From IMG/VR virus record IMGVR_UViG_3300020352_000036, positions 1-24,696 of that record: DNA of 24,696 nucleotides. The stretch is one strand, 5' to 3'. The DNA is from a virus (Duplodnaviria; Caudoviricetes). A program made the position numbers and the translations under genes. Numbering within the stretch: the stretch's first letter is position 1; the number at the start of each line of letters is the position of its first letter. Shown one piece after another: positions 15,324 to 23,440 of the stretch. The notes under the pieces are model-generated. The model saw only the letters and a list, made by a program, of their open reading frames with translations. It made no database searches and was not told where the DNA came from.

Positions 15324-17993
15324 TTATTGTCCTATTATTATCCAACCATTAGTTGCATCTGAATATATTAATTCAAAGCTTGCTCCAATAGTATCTAAAG
15401 TTAAATCCGCCGCTGCACCTAATATTCTACTGCCATTTCTTAAAAGTTGGCATGTATCAACACCAGATCTATTTGATATTTTTATACTTTCTCCAGCAGA
15501 AGGATTTGGAGGTAGTGTTAAATTTAGATTAGCCGTAAATACATAAACTGATCCAGCCGAAGCTGTAATACTGCTATTTATAACACTTACATTGTATTTA
15601 GCACTATTAGCGTCGTTTATAGAAGCACCAATAAGACCACCATTGCCTATTGAAACAATTTCTATTGTATCATTATTAGCAGGTGCTGTACTAAAAACAA
15701 TAGCTCCGCTAGTTAAACTATATGTAGATTTCTGTTGGTATACACCAGAAAGAAAAACCATAGTGAACGCTTTATTTGTTGGCGTTCCGTTTACAAGAGT
15801 AAAAGTTGTTTGTGATCCCGTGCCTGTAAAATTATCATTAGCTAAATAAGTTACCTGTGACAGGTTGGTAGCAGTTAAAGACATTACCTCAAATGTATAT
15901 CCACTTTGGGGTGCTGTAGAAAACGTCAATGTGTTTCCCGATAAACTATAGGTTGATTTCTCTTGGTATACACCTTGAAGAAACACATAAGTTAAATCTT
16001 CTGAAGTTGGTGATACGTCTAAAGTAAACTGAGTTGTAGATCCGTCACCGACAAAATTATTCCTAGAAAGCGTGCCTTCGTCTGAAACAGCAATTGCTCC
16101 AACAGAAATAACCTCTATATTATTAGTACCCGCTGGAGGAGCTGTTGAAAAATTTATACCTGTTCCATTAACAGTATATCCATCTTTAAATTGGTATACA
16201 CCGCTTATGTATATTTGTGTTAAGTTTTCATTAGCTACAGAGTTACCTAAAGTAAATCCAGTCGTAGTACCATTACCACTAAATGTGTCTCTATATAATG
16301 TTGATGATCCACCTGCGCCTCCACCTGTTACGGTGATAGTTTTTGCACCACCGGTTCCGGTAGCTGTTACCCCATCTCCCACAAAGTTTAATGAAGTGGC
16401 TAAAGTTGATAAAGACGAACCTTCTTCTTGTACTGTTATTCCAGATAGCCCTGCTGCCGCGTCTATTGTAACAACATCATTACTTGAAGTAAGAGTTATA
16501 TTAGATCCGGCGTTAAGCTGCACGGTTGAGTTGTCATTACCTGTACCAGATGCTAGATTTAAATTTACATTAGCGTTATTTTGAGCTGATCCTAAATCGT
16601 AGGTATCAGCATCTATAGTAACCTGTGTTCCACTGTTTCTAGTTAAAGCAATATTTTGTCCAGAAGTAAGTTGAACTAATGAATCTGTTCCGCCAGCCGC
16701 GTCTAAGTTTAAATTAACGTTGACACCACTTGTGGTAGCATTAATAGTATAAGTGTCTCCAATAGTTCCTGTGCCAAATTTAGTATAGCTACCCATAAGA
16801 GGATGTGCACTACATTGATAAAATAAAACAGGAGGAGTAGATATAGTCGGTATTATTTGAGTATATGCTCCTGAGCTACCGGGTGTACCGTTTGTAGTTA
16901 CGCCTGTTGTATAAGCGGTATTTTTAGCAGCGTCCTCATAAAATCTTAAAGGATGACCACTATTAGAACTATCTGATTGATCAAACTTATATGTATTGCC
17001 AGGTGTAAATTCTAAATATGCTCCCTCAATTTCATCTATAGTGTAACCTGAAGAACTTCCATTACCATACTCTGGGTGAGCTGCGGTTTTAGTTATTACT
17101 TTAACTACTATGTCTTGAGCAACATCGCTATGTTCTATCGCTATGTGACCTGAGGATGTTATATTACCCTCTACACTAAGTCTACCTGTAGGGCTATTAG
17201 TACCAATACCCACTCTATCTTCACTAGCATCTACAACTAACATATGAGCACTATTGGCTGATTCGACCTTGAAGTTATAATCAGCACCGGTATCGTTAAT
17301 AGTAAGATTACCACTCTCTATATTTACTGTTCGTGTTCCCCCTGCAGTAAATACTATTTCATCGGTTTTGAGTCTGATGTGAGTATTTGTGTCACCGTCG
17401 TGTGTAATTTTATCTGATAAAGTAATGTTTGCAGCAGATACTGTACCTGTTGAATGAATATCACCATCAACATCTAACTTAGCGCCAGGACTATCAGTTC
17501 CAATACCAATGTTACCTGAAGAAGTGATACGCATGCGTTCCGCACTAGCACTACCTGCATATATTCTTACATTACCTGTAGCACTTATTGCTTTTAGACC
17601 TAAGTCACCTTGAGTTGCATATACGTAGCGCATTCCAGCCCAAGATGTATTGCTATAATTTGAGCCTATAGACCCTAATACTAATCTGTCATTATTATTA
17701 TTTGCTATTTGTATTTCTGAATAATCACTAACTCCAGTGCCGCTTGTTTTGAATAAAGCTATAACATCATCTCCAGATCCACCTGATACTTCTAGCTTAC
17801 GACTAGGACTAGCAGTTCCTATGCCTAACCTGTTGTTAGTATAGTCAATATATAGGGGAGCAGGAACACCAGTAGAACTAAAAGATATATTACCTGAACC
17901 ATCAGTAATCAACGCTTGCCCACTTGTACCATCCTGAGTAGGTAGAGTATACTGGTCATTTATGTTTATACTGTTTTTAAATTTTACAGGCAT
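15324..17993 (-). CDS. Large mosaic tail-fibre/spike protein
   Basis: 889 aa. Three GIGT-x-SP repeats, a cupredoxin-like segment (HPLRF...YQCSAHPLMG), two DTY..VNLNL..VQL..VTIDA repeats, three F-x-G-x-G..FTL..GVYQ..FSTAP repeats, and a C-terminal LTLP..GE.I..ELIYSDATNGW domain. Confidence 0.85.
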   Translation of the reverse strand: MPVKFKNSININDQYTLPTQDGTSGQALITDGSGNISFSSTGVPAPLYIDYTNNRLGIGTASPSRKLEVSGGSGDDVIALFKTSGTGVSDYSEIQIANNNNDRLVLGSIGSNYSNTSWAGMRYVYATQGDLGLKAISATGNVRIYAGSASAERMRITSSGNIGIGTDSPGAKLDVDGDIHSTGTVSAANITLSDKITHDGDTNTHIRLKTDEIVFTAGGTRTVNIESGNLTINDTGADYNFKVESANSAHMLVVDASEDRVGIGTNSPTGRLSVEGNITSSGHIAIEHSDVAQDIVVKVITKTAAHPEYGNGSSSGYTIDEIEGAYLEFTPGNTYKFDQSDSSNSGHPLRFYEDAAKNTAYTTGVTTNGTPGSSGAYTQIIPTISTPPVLFYQCSAHPLMGSYTKFGTGTIGDTYTINATTSGVNVNLNLDAAGGTDSLVQLTSGQNIALTRNSGTQVTIDADTYDLGSAQNNANVNLNLASGTGNDNSTVQLNAGSNITLTSSNDVVTIDAAAGLSGITVQEEGSSLSTLATSLNFVGDGVTATGTGGAKTITVTGGGAGGSSTLYRDTFSGNGTTTGFTLGNSVANENLTQIYISGVYQFKDGYTVNGTGINFSTAPPAGTNNIEVISVGAIAVSDEGTLSRNNFVGDGSTTQFTLDVSPTSEDLTYVFLQGVYQEKSTYSLSGNTLTFSTAPQSGYTFEVMSLTATNLSQVTYLANDNFTGTGSQTTFTLVNGTPTNKAFTMVFLSGVYQQKSTYSLTSGAIVFSTAPANNDTIEIVSIGNGGLIGASINDANSAKYNVSVINSSITASAGSVYVFTANLNLTLPPNPSAGESIKISNRSGVDTCQLLRNGSRILGAAADLTLDTIGASFELIYSDATNGWIIIGQ

Positions 17994-18008
17994 ATTTTAT
18001 ATATTAAA

Positions 18009-19250
18009 TTAGTCTATTTTTGTAATAAGCACTTTTATAGCATTACTTGTAGGTGCAGTAGCAAAAGTTAGAGTAACAGTAGTATTATTAGTTCTAACAA
18101 CATCTGTTATAACCGTATCGAATGTTGCAGCGTCATACAACTGAACCATAACATTTCTAGTGTTAAGGCCGTGAGATACCCCTATACTAGTTGCTGATCC
18201 GTCTCCAACAGTACCAACAAAACTTCTTGCGGCTAAACCAGCCGGAGTAACAGCTCTTCCTGTATCTGTACCAGCTAATGCTTCTGCTGTTGTAGCAAGC
18301 TCAACAACACCTGGATTAGTAGCACTAGCAGCCTCCGTTGCTATAGTTATTGATCCAGCTGCATTTGTAACATCTATCCCGTCACCTGCAGTAATTGTAG
18401 CCAGTTGCATGTCTCCGTTGGTAGTGCTTCCTACGAGAATCTGACCATTTGTGGGTACAGCACCATCATAGTTTTTTATGCTACCTGATAATTTTATATC
18501 ACCAATATCTAAACTACCTTTAGTACCGCTAAATACTTCAGAGCTATTAGCTGCGGTTGTTAAGAAAGTAAATGATCCTGTAGAATCATCATATCCAAAA
18601 AACCCTAGCTTAGCGTTTGTTCCGTCATGGTATCTAAATTCAATACCCCTGTCTTTGTTGTCATCAGACGTAGGCGCAGCATCACCTCCCAGTGTAAATA
18701 CAGGGTCATCAATCGTAACTGTAGTGCTATTTACTGTGGTTGTTGAACCGTTTACAATTAAATCACCATTTACTGTTAAATCGTTTCCGATTGTTACATC
18801 ATCTGGTAAACCTATAGTTAACGTATTACCAAGTTGTAATTTATCATTATTAGTATTATTTGTTACAACTGTAGTTTCATTAGCTGTGCCTGCTACTGTT
18901 ATTCTTTGTGGATCTGCGTATAAATAATCAAATACAGTTGAGCCTTTAAGAAGACCATTGCTATTGCCAGCGACGGTTCCAAGTACTGCGCTTATAATTG
19001 GGTTTGGACCAGTTGGGTTTGCAACTGTAATTTGATCAGTTGTAGCTGACGCAACAGATTTTATATCTCCACTTACATCTATAAATGCGGTACCATTCCA
19101 CATATACAATTTGTCATCACCTGTATTATAATACAGAAGTCCATGATCGTCATTGTTTGTTGCGCCTGGTGCCGTGGCTAGATTGTGTATTCTAGCTAGC
19201 TGTAGCTCATTTTTATTTAGATTTAAATCCGATAAGTATTTTACTGCCAT
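18009..19250 (-). CDS. Tail fibre protein
   Basis: 413 aa. GDLIVNGSTTTVNSTTVTIDD, DRGIEF, and a T4 gp34/gp12-like repeat ASATNPGVVELATTAEALAGTDTGRAVTP. C-terminal HGL..VMVQLYD domain. Confidence 0.8.
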   Translation of the reverse strand: MAVKYLSDLNLNKNELQLARIHNLATAPGATNNDDHGLLYYNTGDDKLYMWNGTAFIDVSGDIKSVASATTDQITVANPTGPNPIISAVLGTVAGNSNGLLKGSTVFDYLYADPQRITVAGTANETTVVTNNTNNDKLQLGNTLTIGLPDDVTIGNDLTVNGDLIVNGSTTTVNSTTVTIDDPVFTLGGDAAPTSDDNKDRGIEFRYHDGTNAKLGFFGYDDSTGSFTFLTTAANSSEVFSGTKGSLDIGDIKLSGSIKNYDGAVPTNGQILVGSTTNGDMQLATITAGDGIDVTNAAGSITIATEAASATNPGVVELATTAEALAGTDTGRAVTPAGLAARSFVGTVGDGSATSIGVSHGLNTRNVMVQLYDAATFDTVITDVVRTNNTTVTLTFATAPTSNAIKVLITKID

Positions 19251-19256
19251 GATTTT

Positions 19257-19580
19257 TTAGTTTAAGTAAGCCGTTCCTTGAAACGGAGCTGAAAATGTTA
19301 TTGTTATATTATTTTGATCTACGTACTGTATATCACCTATTACTACTGAACCTCCCGTATCTACCACTTGAACCGCGGGAAATCTACCTAGGTCATGTTC
19401 TATATTCCAAACACTAGCATTTTCTGTAATATTTTCGACATAGGTATTCTCTTCGGCAATCGTTAAAGCTAAATCTGCTACTTCGTAATTAAATGTTTCC
19501 CCGGTAATTCCGTCTGTTCCTATTACTTTATCAGAGCCTTGTATTACTTGGTCTTTATTATAGGTGGATATTCTAGCCAT
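19257..19580 (-). CDS. Small structural protein (fibre anchor candidate)
   Basis: 107 aa, MARISTY...DKVIGTD. C-terminal WNIEHDLGRFPAVQVVD..ITITF domain resembles the C-terminus of the next gene. Confidence 0.65.
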   Translation of the reverse strand: MARISTYNKDQVIQGSDKVIGTDGITGETFNYEVADLALTIAEENTYVENITENASVWNIEHDLGRFPAVQVVDTGGSVVIGDIQYVDQNNITITFSAPFQGTAYLN

Positions 19581-20029
19581 TATAATTTGTCTTTGTTAAA
19601 TTTATCTATGGCATTAGCGTACACCTTATCAACATAAGTAGATCTTTTTCCAATCTTGCTTCTCTTAGCCGATATAGGCATGTCCTCTTTACCAATTAAT
19701 ATTTTATATATCCTATTAATCAGCCTCTTGCCTTTTACGGATACTTTATATTTATTATGATCACCTAAGCGACCATTCCCTTTATGTATTTTCTCTACCC
19801 AACCTTCTCTTTGTATTCTGTAAAAGCGTTGGCGGTCCCAATGGTAATACATGGTACCGTTTTGAAAATCTTTTATTGTAAAGTATTTTATAGGATCTAG
19901 ATAAAATAACAATTCCAAATCTGAAATAGATATATTATTTTCTTTACAAGCCCAGCGTGAAACAAGTCTATAATATTTAAGAAAATCAACTTTGAGTTCA
20001 CCTCTTTCTAAAAAGTCATTTCTGTCCAT
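19580..20029 (-). CDS. Basic protein, possible winged-helix DNA-binding fold
   Basis: 149 aa. ISISDLELLFYL...RIQREGWVEK...YKVSVKGKRLI follows a MarR-like spacing. The CDS is secure; the fold call is tentative. Confidence 0.55.
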   Translation of the reverse strand: MDRNDFLERGELKVDFLKYYRLVSRWACKENNISISDLELLFYLDPIKYFTIKDFQNGTMYYHWDRQRFYRIQREGWVEKIHKGNGRLGDHNKYKVSVKGKRLINRIYKILIGKEDMPISAKRSKIGKRSTYVDKVYANAIDKFNKDKL

Positions 20030-20289
20030 TACAAAACTATAATAACATCCTGCTCTTGTATAACTTTAAATATTTTTTTATTAATTTCAATATTATGGCC
20101 AGCAATACGATCGTAGTATATCTTGTCTCCCTCTACAATACCTTCAACACGCACGCCCACTGACTCAACGTCAGCGGTGCGGTATCTTATATCTTCTCTG
20201 TGGTTTTCTGCTAAAAGTAGCCCACCTTCTGTTTTTTGTATTTCTTCCTTTATTTCGGAAATTATAATGTAATTACCTATTGCTTTCAT
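20029..20289 (-). CDS. groES: Co-chaperonin GroES (Cpn10)
   Basis: 86 aa with mobile loop KTEGGLLLAE, VESVG, GIVEGDKIYY, VIQEQDVI. Overlaps the groEL 3' end by 17 nt. Confidence 0.9.
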   Translation of the reverse strand: MKAIGNYIIISEIKEEIQKTEGGLLLAENHREDIRYRTADVESVGVRVEGIVEGDKIYYDRIAGHNIEINKKIFKVIQEQDVIIVL

Positions 20290-21871
20290 AATCTCTAATA
20301 TTTGAAATTACACAATCAGTTGATAGAATAGTTGTTGCTACCGAAACTGCATTTTGTAGTGCAGACTTAGTAACTAACACTGGATCAATAATACCTGCCT
20401 TACGCATGTCTTTAATCTTTCCGTCAGTCACATCTACTCCTGCTCCCCATTTATCTAAGTCTTTATAACTTGCTGGATCTAAACCAGCGTTATTTAAGAT
20501 GCGTACAAATGGTGAATGCAATGCTCTTTTTATAATCTCCACTCCAATCTCTTCACCTTTATTGGCTGTGTTAGCTTTTAGGGTACTAGATAAGAAACAT
20601 AAAGCTGAACCACCTCCAGGAAGTATACCCTCCTTCTTAGCGGCCCGAACTGCGTGTATAGCATCATCTACTCTATCTTTCTTTTCAGAAACCTCTACTT
20701 CAGTGTCACCACCTACATAAACAATAGATACGCCTCCGTTTAGAATAGCTAATCTGCTTTCTAAGTGAGGTCGCATAACGTGATGTTCGTCTTCATCTAA
20801 TTGAGATTGTAAATACTCTACGCGTTCTTTAACTCCTTCTGCTGCTTCTGCAATAGCTAGAGTAGTCCCGTCGTTATCTATGATGGCCTTATCGGCTCTT
20901 CCTAACACTTCTGGGGTGATATTATCTAGAGAGTCTCCCAAACCTTCATCAATAACAGTAGCACCCGTTAGAAGGGCAATATCATCAAGTACATCCTTCC
21001 GCTTTAGTCCGAATGATGGAGGATCAATAATATTGCACTTAATATTGCCTTTTACGTGGTTCATCGCGAGAGCCGATACAACCTGCTGATCGCAAGGGGC
21101 AATGAGTAGCAATGCTCGATTGGACTTGATTGCAAACTCTAATATTGTTTGTATTCGTCTAACGTTTGAAACTTCAGACGAACATAAGAACACAAGTGGT
21201 TTGTCCAGCTCACTTAATTCTTTTTCTTTATTTGTATGGAAATACATACTTTTAGTCGTAGACTTAATATGCGTACCGTCGACCGCTTCGATGTACGTTT
21301 CATTACTCGGGCTCGTCTCCATTGTAACTACGCCATTATCCCCGGCTAATTTAAAGGCCTCAGCAATAAAGTCCCCAAGTAGAGGATCGTTATTAGCCGA
21401 TATGCGTGACACATGATTTAATCGTTTATCATCTACAGCTACACCTTTCTTAGTAAGCGCATCTACCGTAAGTTTAGTAAACGCGAGCATACCGTTTTTA
21501 ACATCTCGAAACGAATACTTCTCCGCATCTAAATCAAAGTAATTTTTAATTACCGATTGTGCTAATACCGTTGAGGTTGTTGTTCCGTCACCAGCTTTTG
21601 ATGCTGTTTGTCTAGACGCTTGCTTGAGCATGGTTACACCTAGGTTCTCTACTGGGTCTTCTAAGTTTATATAGTTTGCTACGGTCACACCATCTTTTGT
21701 AACGTGAGGGTTACCGAAGTCATCTTCTAATACTACTGTACGACCAGACGCACCTAGCGTACTGCCTACTGCTTCTGCTAATTTGTTTATTCCTGAGATT
21801 AGTCCGTCTTTAGCTTCTTTCTTAAAGCTTAGTTCTTTGACTATCTTCGGGGATCCGAATTGTATTGCCAT
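20273..21871 (-). CDS. groEL: Phage-encoded group I chaperonin GroEL (Cpn60)
   Basis: 532 aa with TKDGVTVA, AGDGTTTSTVLAQ, KKDRVDDAIHA, GILPGGG and GIIDPVLVTKSALQNAVSVA. Confidence 0.96.
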   Translation of the reverse strand: MAIQFGSPKIVKELSFKKEAKDGLISGINKLAEAVGSTLGASGRTVVLEDDFGNPHVTKDGVTVANYINLEDPVENLGVTMLKQASRQTASKAGDGTTTSTVLAQSVIKNYFDLDAEKYSFRDVKNGMLAFTKLTVDALTKKGVAVDDKRLNHVSRISANNDPLLGDFIAEAFKLAGDNGVVTMETSPSNETYIEAVDGTHIKSTTKSMYFHTNKEKELSELDKPLVFLCSSEVSNVRRIQTILEFAIKSNRALLLIAPCDQQVVSALAMNHVKGNIKCNIIDPPSFGLKRKDVLDDIALLTGATVIDEGLGDSLDNITPEVLGRADKAIIDNDGTTLAIAEAAEGVKERVEYLQSQLDEDEHHVMRPHLESRLAILNGGVSIVYVGGDTEVEVSEKKDRVDDAIHAVRAAKKEGILPGGGSALCFLSSTLKANTANKGEEIGVEIIKRALHSPFVRILNNAGLDPASYKDLDKWGAGVDVTDGKIKDMRKAGIIDPVLVTKSALQNAVSVATTILSTDCVISNIRDYESNR

Positions 21872-21888
21872 TTAATTTAATTTAATTG
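21872..21888 (-). promoter_or_regulatory. AAATT-type pentamer repeat immediately upstream of the groEL start
   Basis: Minus strand CAATTAAATTAAATTAA-ATG. Related tracts precede starts at 11513 and 10461. Function is inferred. Confidence 0.35.
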
Positions 21889-21910
21889 AATAATATTTAT
21901 AAGATATATG

Positions 21911-22264
21911 TTAGCAGTTCCATTTACGACGTGCTGCTCTGCCACGCTCTGATGTCCAGCTTTTACTTCGGGCACAAAATGCTTTACGACGTTTAGCTGC
22001 TTTACTTCCTTTCTTAAGTTTAGATGGCGGAGTTGTCACAGCGGTCTTTAATTTGCTACCTGGATTGTCTTTTCTATACTTAGCTACACCTTTAGCTGTC
22101 ATACCACCACCAGCTTTGCTTCCAGTGCCACTGCCTGATTTGACCTTAGCGTAATAGCCTTTTGATTTTTTACGAGATGGTGCTTTGCCTTTCTTCCGAG
22201 TTAACGGAGTATCTGCTGCACAAGTGCATGTAGCATGCTTCGCTGTTAATGGTATTGCTTTCAT
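21911..22264 (-). CDS. Highly basic small protein (DUF6321-like from recall)
   Basis: 117 aa, K/R-rich, GGMTAKGVAKYR..NPGSKLKTAVT..RRKAFCARS..ARRKWNC. Confidence 0.75.
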   Translation of the reverse strand: MKAIPLTAKHATCTCAADTPLTRKKGKAPSRKKSKGYYAKVKSGSGTGSKAGGGMTAKGVAKYRKDNPGSKLKTAVTTPPSKLKKGSKAAKRRKAFCARSKSWTSERGRAARRKWNC

Positions 22265-22500
22265 GTAGTATTGTATTTCTTAGTTCCTTTACCGTGACCA
22301 CCTCTATTAGCTGCAACGCTAACAAACCTTTTCTTATTGTGATCCCAGTCTTTACCTTTTATATTTACCCCCTTCTTAATTGCATCGCGTCTTTTCTTTT
22401 GTGTCTCCGCCTTCATAGCTCTACGCCGGGGAGTCTTAGCATATGCAAGGTCACGGGCCGCCTTTTTCTTACGAGCCGCTGGAGATAACTTTTGTGGCAT
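22261..22500 (-). CDS. Highly basic small protein with a minimal HNH-like D-x-x-H...N-R motif
   Basis: 79 aa, KGKDWDH...SVAANRG. Coupled to both neighbours. The HNH similarity is weak. Confidence 0.7.
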   Translation of the reverse strand: MPQKLSPAARKKKAARDLAYAKTPRRRAMKAETQKKRRDAIKKGVNIKGKDWDHNKKRFVSVAANRGGHGKGTKKYNTT

Positions 22501-22658
22501 TATTTTTTATATGGTTTTGACATACCTCCACAAAATCTAGGGAATGGCCCACCTGTAGCTTCTGACCCATCTTCCATTCTCATAAAACCTTTCTTCTTTT
22601 TAATTGCCTCTTTTAATTCAATGGGCAATGTTTTTTCTTGCTTTTCTGTTAATGCCAT
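22500..22658 (-). CDS. Small basic protein, missed by the ORF track
   Basis: 52 aa MALTEKQEKTLPIELKEAIKKKKGFMRMEDGSEATGGPFPRFCGGMSKPYKK. TAATG overlap with the next gene. Confidence 0.7.
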   Translation of the reverse strand: MALTEKQEKTLPIELKEAIKKKKGFMRMEDGSEATGGPFPRFCGGMSKPYKK

Positions 22659-22660
22659 AA

Positions 22661-22804
22661 TTATTTATTATATCCGCCGTAGCTAGATTTTTTTTGTTTT
22701 TTTAAAGGCACTGACGTTCTTTTAAGAGGCCCTGTTTTTGTTTCAACTCTTCCTGCCATTTTCTTAAACACTCCAGGAGTTACAGTTGTTCCTTTTTTTC
22801 CCAT
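22661..22804 (-). CDS. Small basic protein, missed by the ORF track
   Basis: 47 aa MGKKGTTVTPGVFKKMAGRVETKTGPLKRTSVPLKKQKKSSYGGYNK. Fills the gap with 2-nt spacers on both sides. Confidence 0.7.
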   Translation of the reverse strand: MGKKGTTVTPGVFKKMAGRVETKTGPLKRTSVPLKKQKKSSYGGYNK

Positions 22805-22806
22805 GA

Positions 22807-23070
22807 TTATTTCTTTTTATTTTTCTTTTTAATAGATGAAGTGCGCTTACCCATACCTGTGCGTTTCTTCTCTGATACAGCTTTTCGCTTTTGAGAAGAA
22901 CTCATTTCGTTCCATGCTACAGGTGTAGATTTGTTTATTCTAACCGAGGGCCTGCACTTCTTTGTTTTCTTATTCTTAGCAGAACCACAAGGATTACCTT
23001 TTTCGTCGGTCCACTTTTCTTTAAACCACCGTTTAAGATTTGCTCCTTTTTTAGTTTTGCGTACTGCCAT
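22807..23070 (-). CDS. Highly basic small protein (DUF5872-like from recall)
   Basis: 87 aa from ATG at 23070 (TAATG overlap): MAVRKTKKGANLKRWFKEKW..PCG..CRPSVRI..TP..EMS. Confidence 0.75.
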   Translation of the reverse strand: MAVRKTKKGANLKRWFKEKWTDEKGNPCGSAKNKKTKKCRPSVRINKSTPVAWNEMSSSQKRKAVSEKKRTGMGKRTSSIKKKNKKK

Positions 23071-23438
23071 TATAATGTGTTCATTTGTTCCCAAGCTTGT
23101 TCTGCTTCATTCCAGCTATGCTCACCATCAGGTTTAGCAGTAGGTGGTTGCCATTGACAAGTATCTTCGTTTAAAGTCCAGCTATCATATAGCTTAGCTG
23201 GTATAAAAGCATCCCGATTAAAATCGTAAGTGCTTCCTATTTCTGCGTAGTTTTTCCTAAACGGTATACCTTCATTACTGTGCTGATTGCTTGAAGTATT
23301 ATACGATGTACGCTTGCATAATTGCTCTTTAATATTACCGTAATGGATCTCCCAATTTGTGGGGCCATCTGTTTCATCTTTACCAGCTATTACCTCAGTA
23401 ACGATATTTTGCATGTTTAAAAAAGCGTAATGTGCCAT
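23070..23438 (-). CDS. Conserved phage protein accompanying Gly-rich fibre proteins
   Basis: 122 aa, MAHYAFL..VTEVI..RTSYN..FRKNYA.IG.TYD..RDAFIP..SWTLNEDTCQWQPP. Confidence 0.75.
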   Translation of the reverse strand: MAHYAFLNMQNIVTEVIAGKDETDGPTNWEIHYGNIKEQLCKRTSYNTSSNQHSNEGIPFRKNYAEIGSTYDFNRDAFIPAKLYDSWTLNEDTCQWQPPTAKPDGEHSWNEAEQAWEQMNTL

Positions 23439-23440
23439 AA

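Noticed and set aside
21000-21500. Mildly CpG/GC-rich stretch in groEL as a second overprinted gene
   Set aside because: The track shows no long same-strand alternative ORF there, and the +1 frame I read near 21350-21420 is closed by stops.
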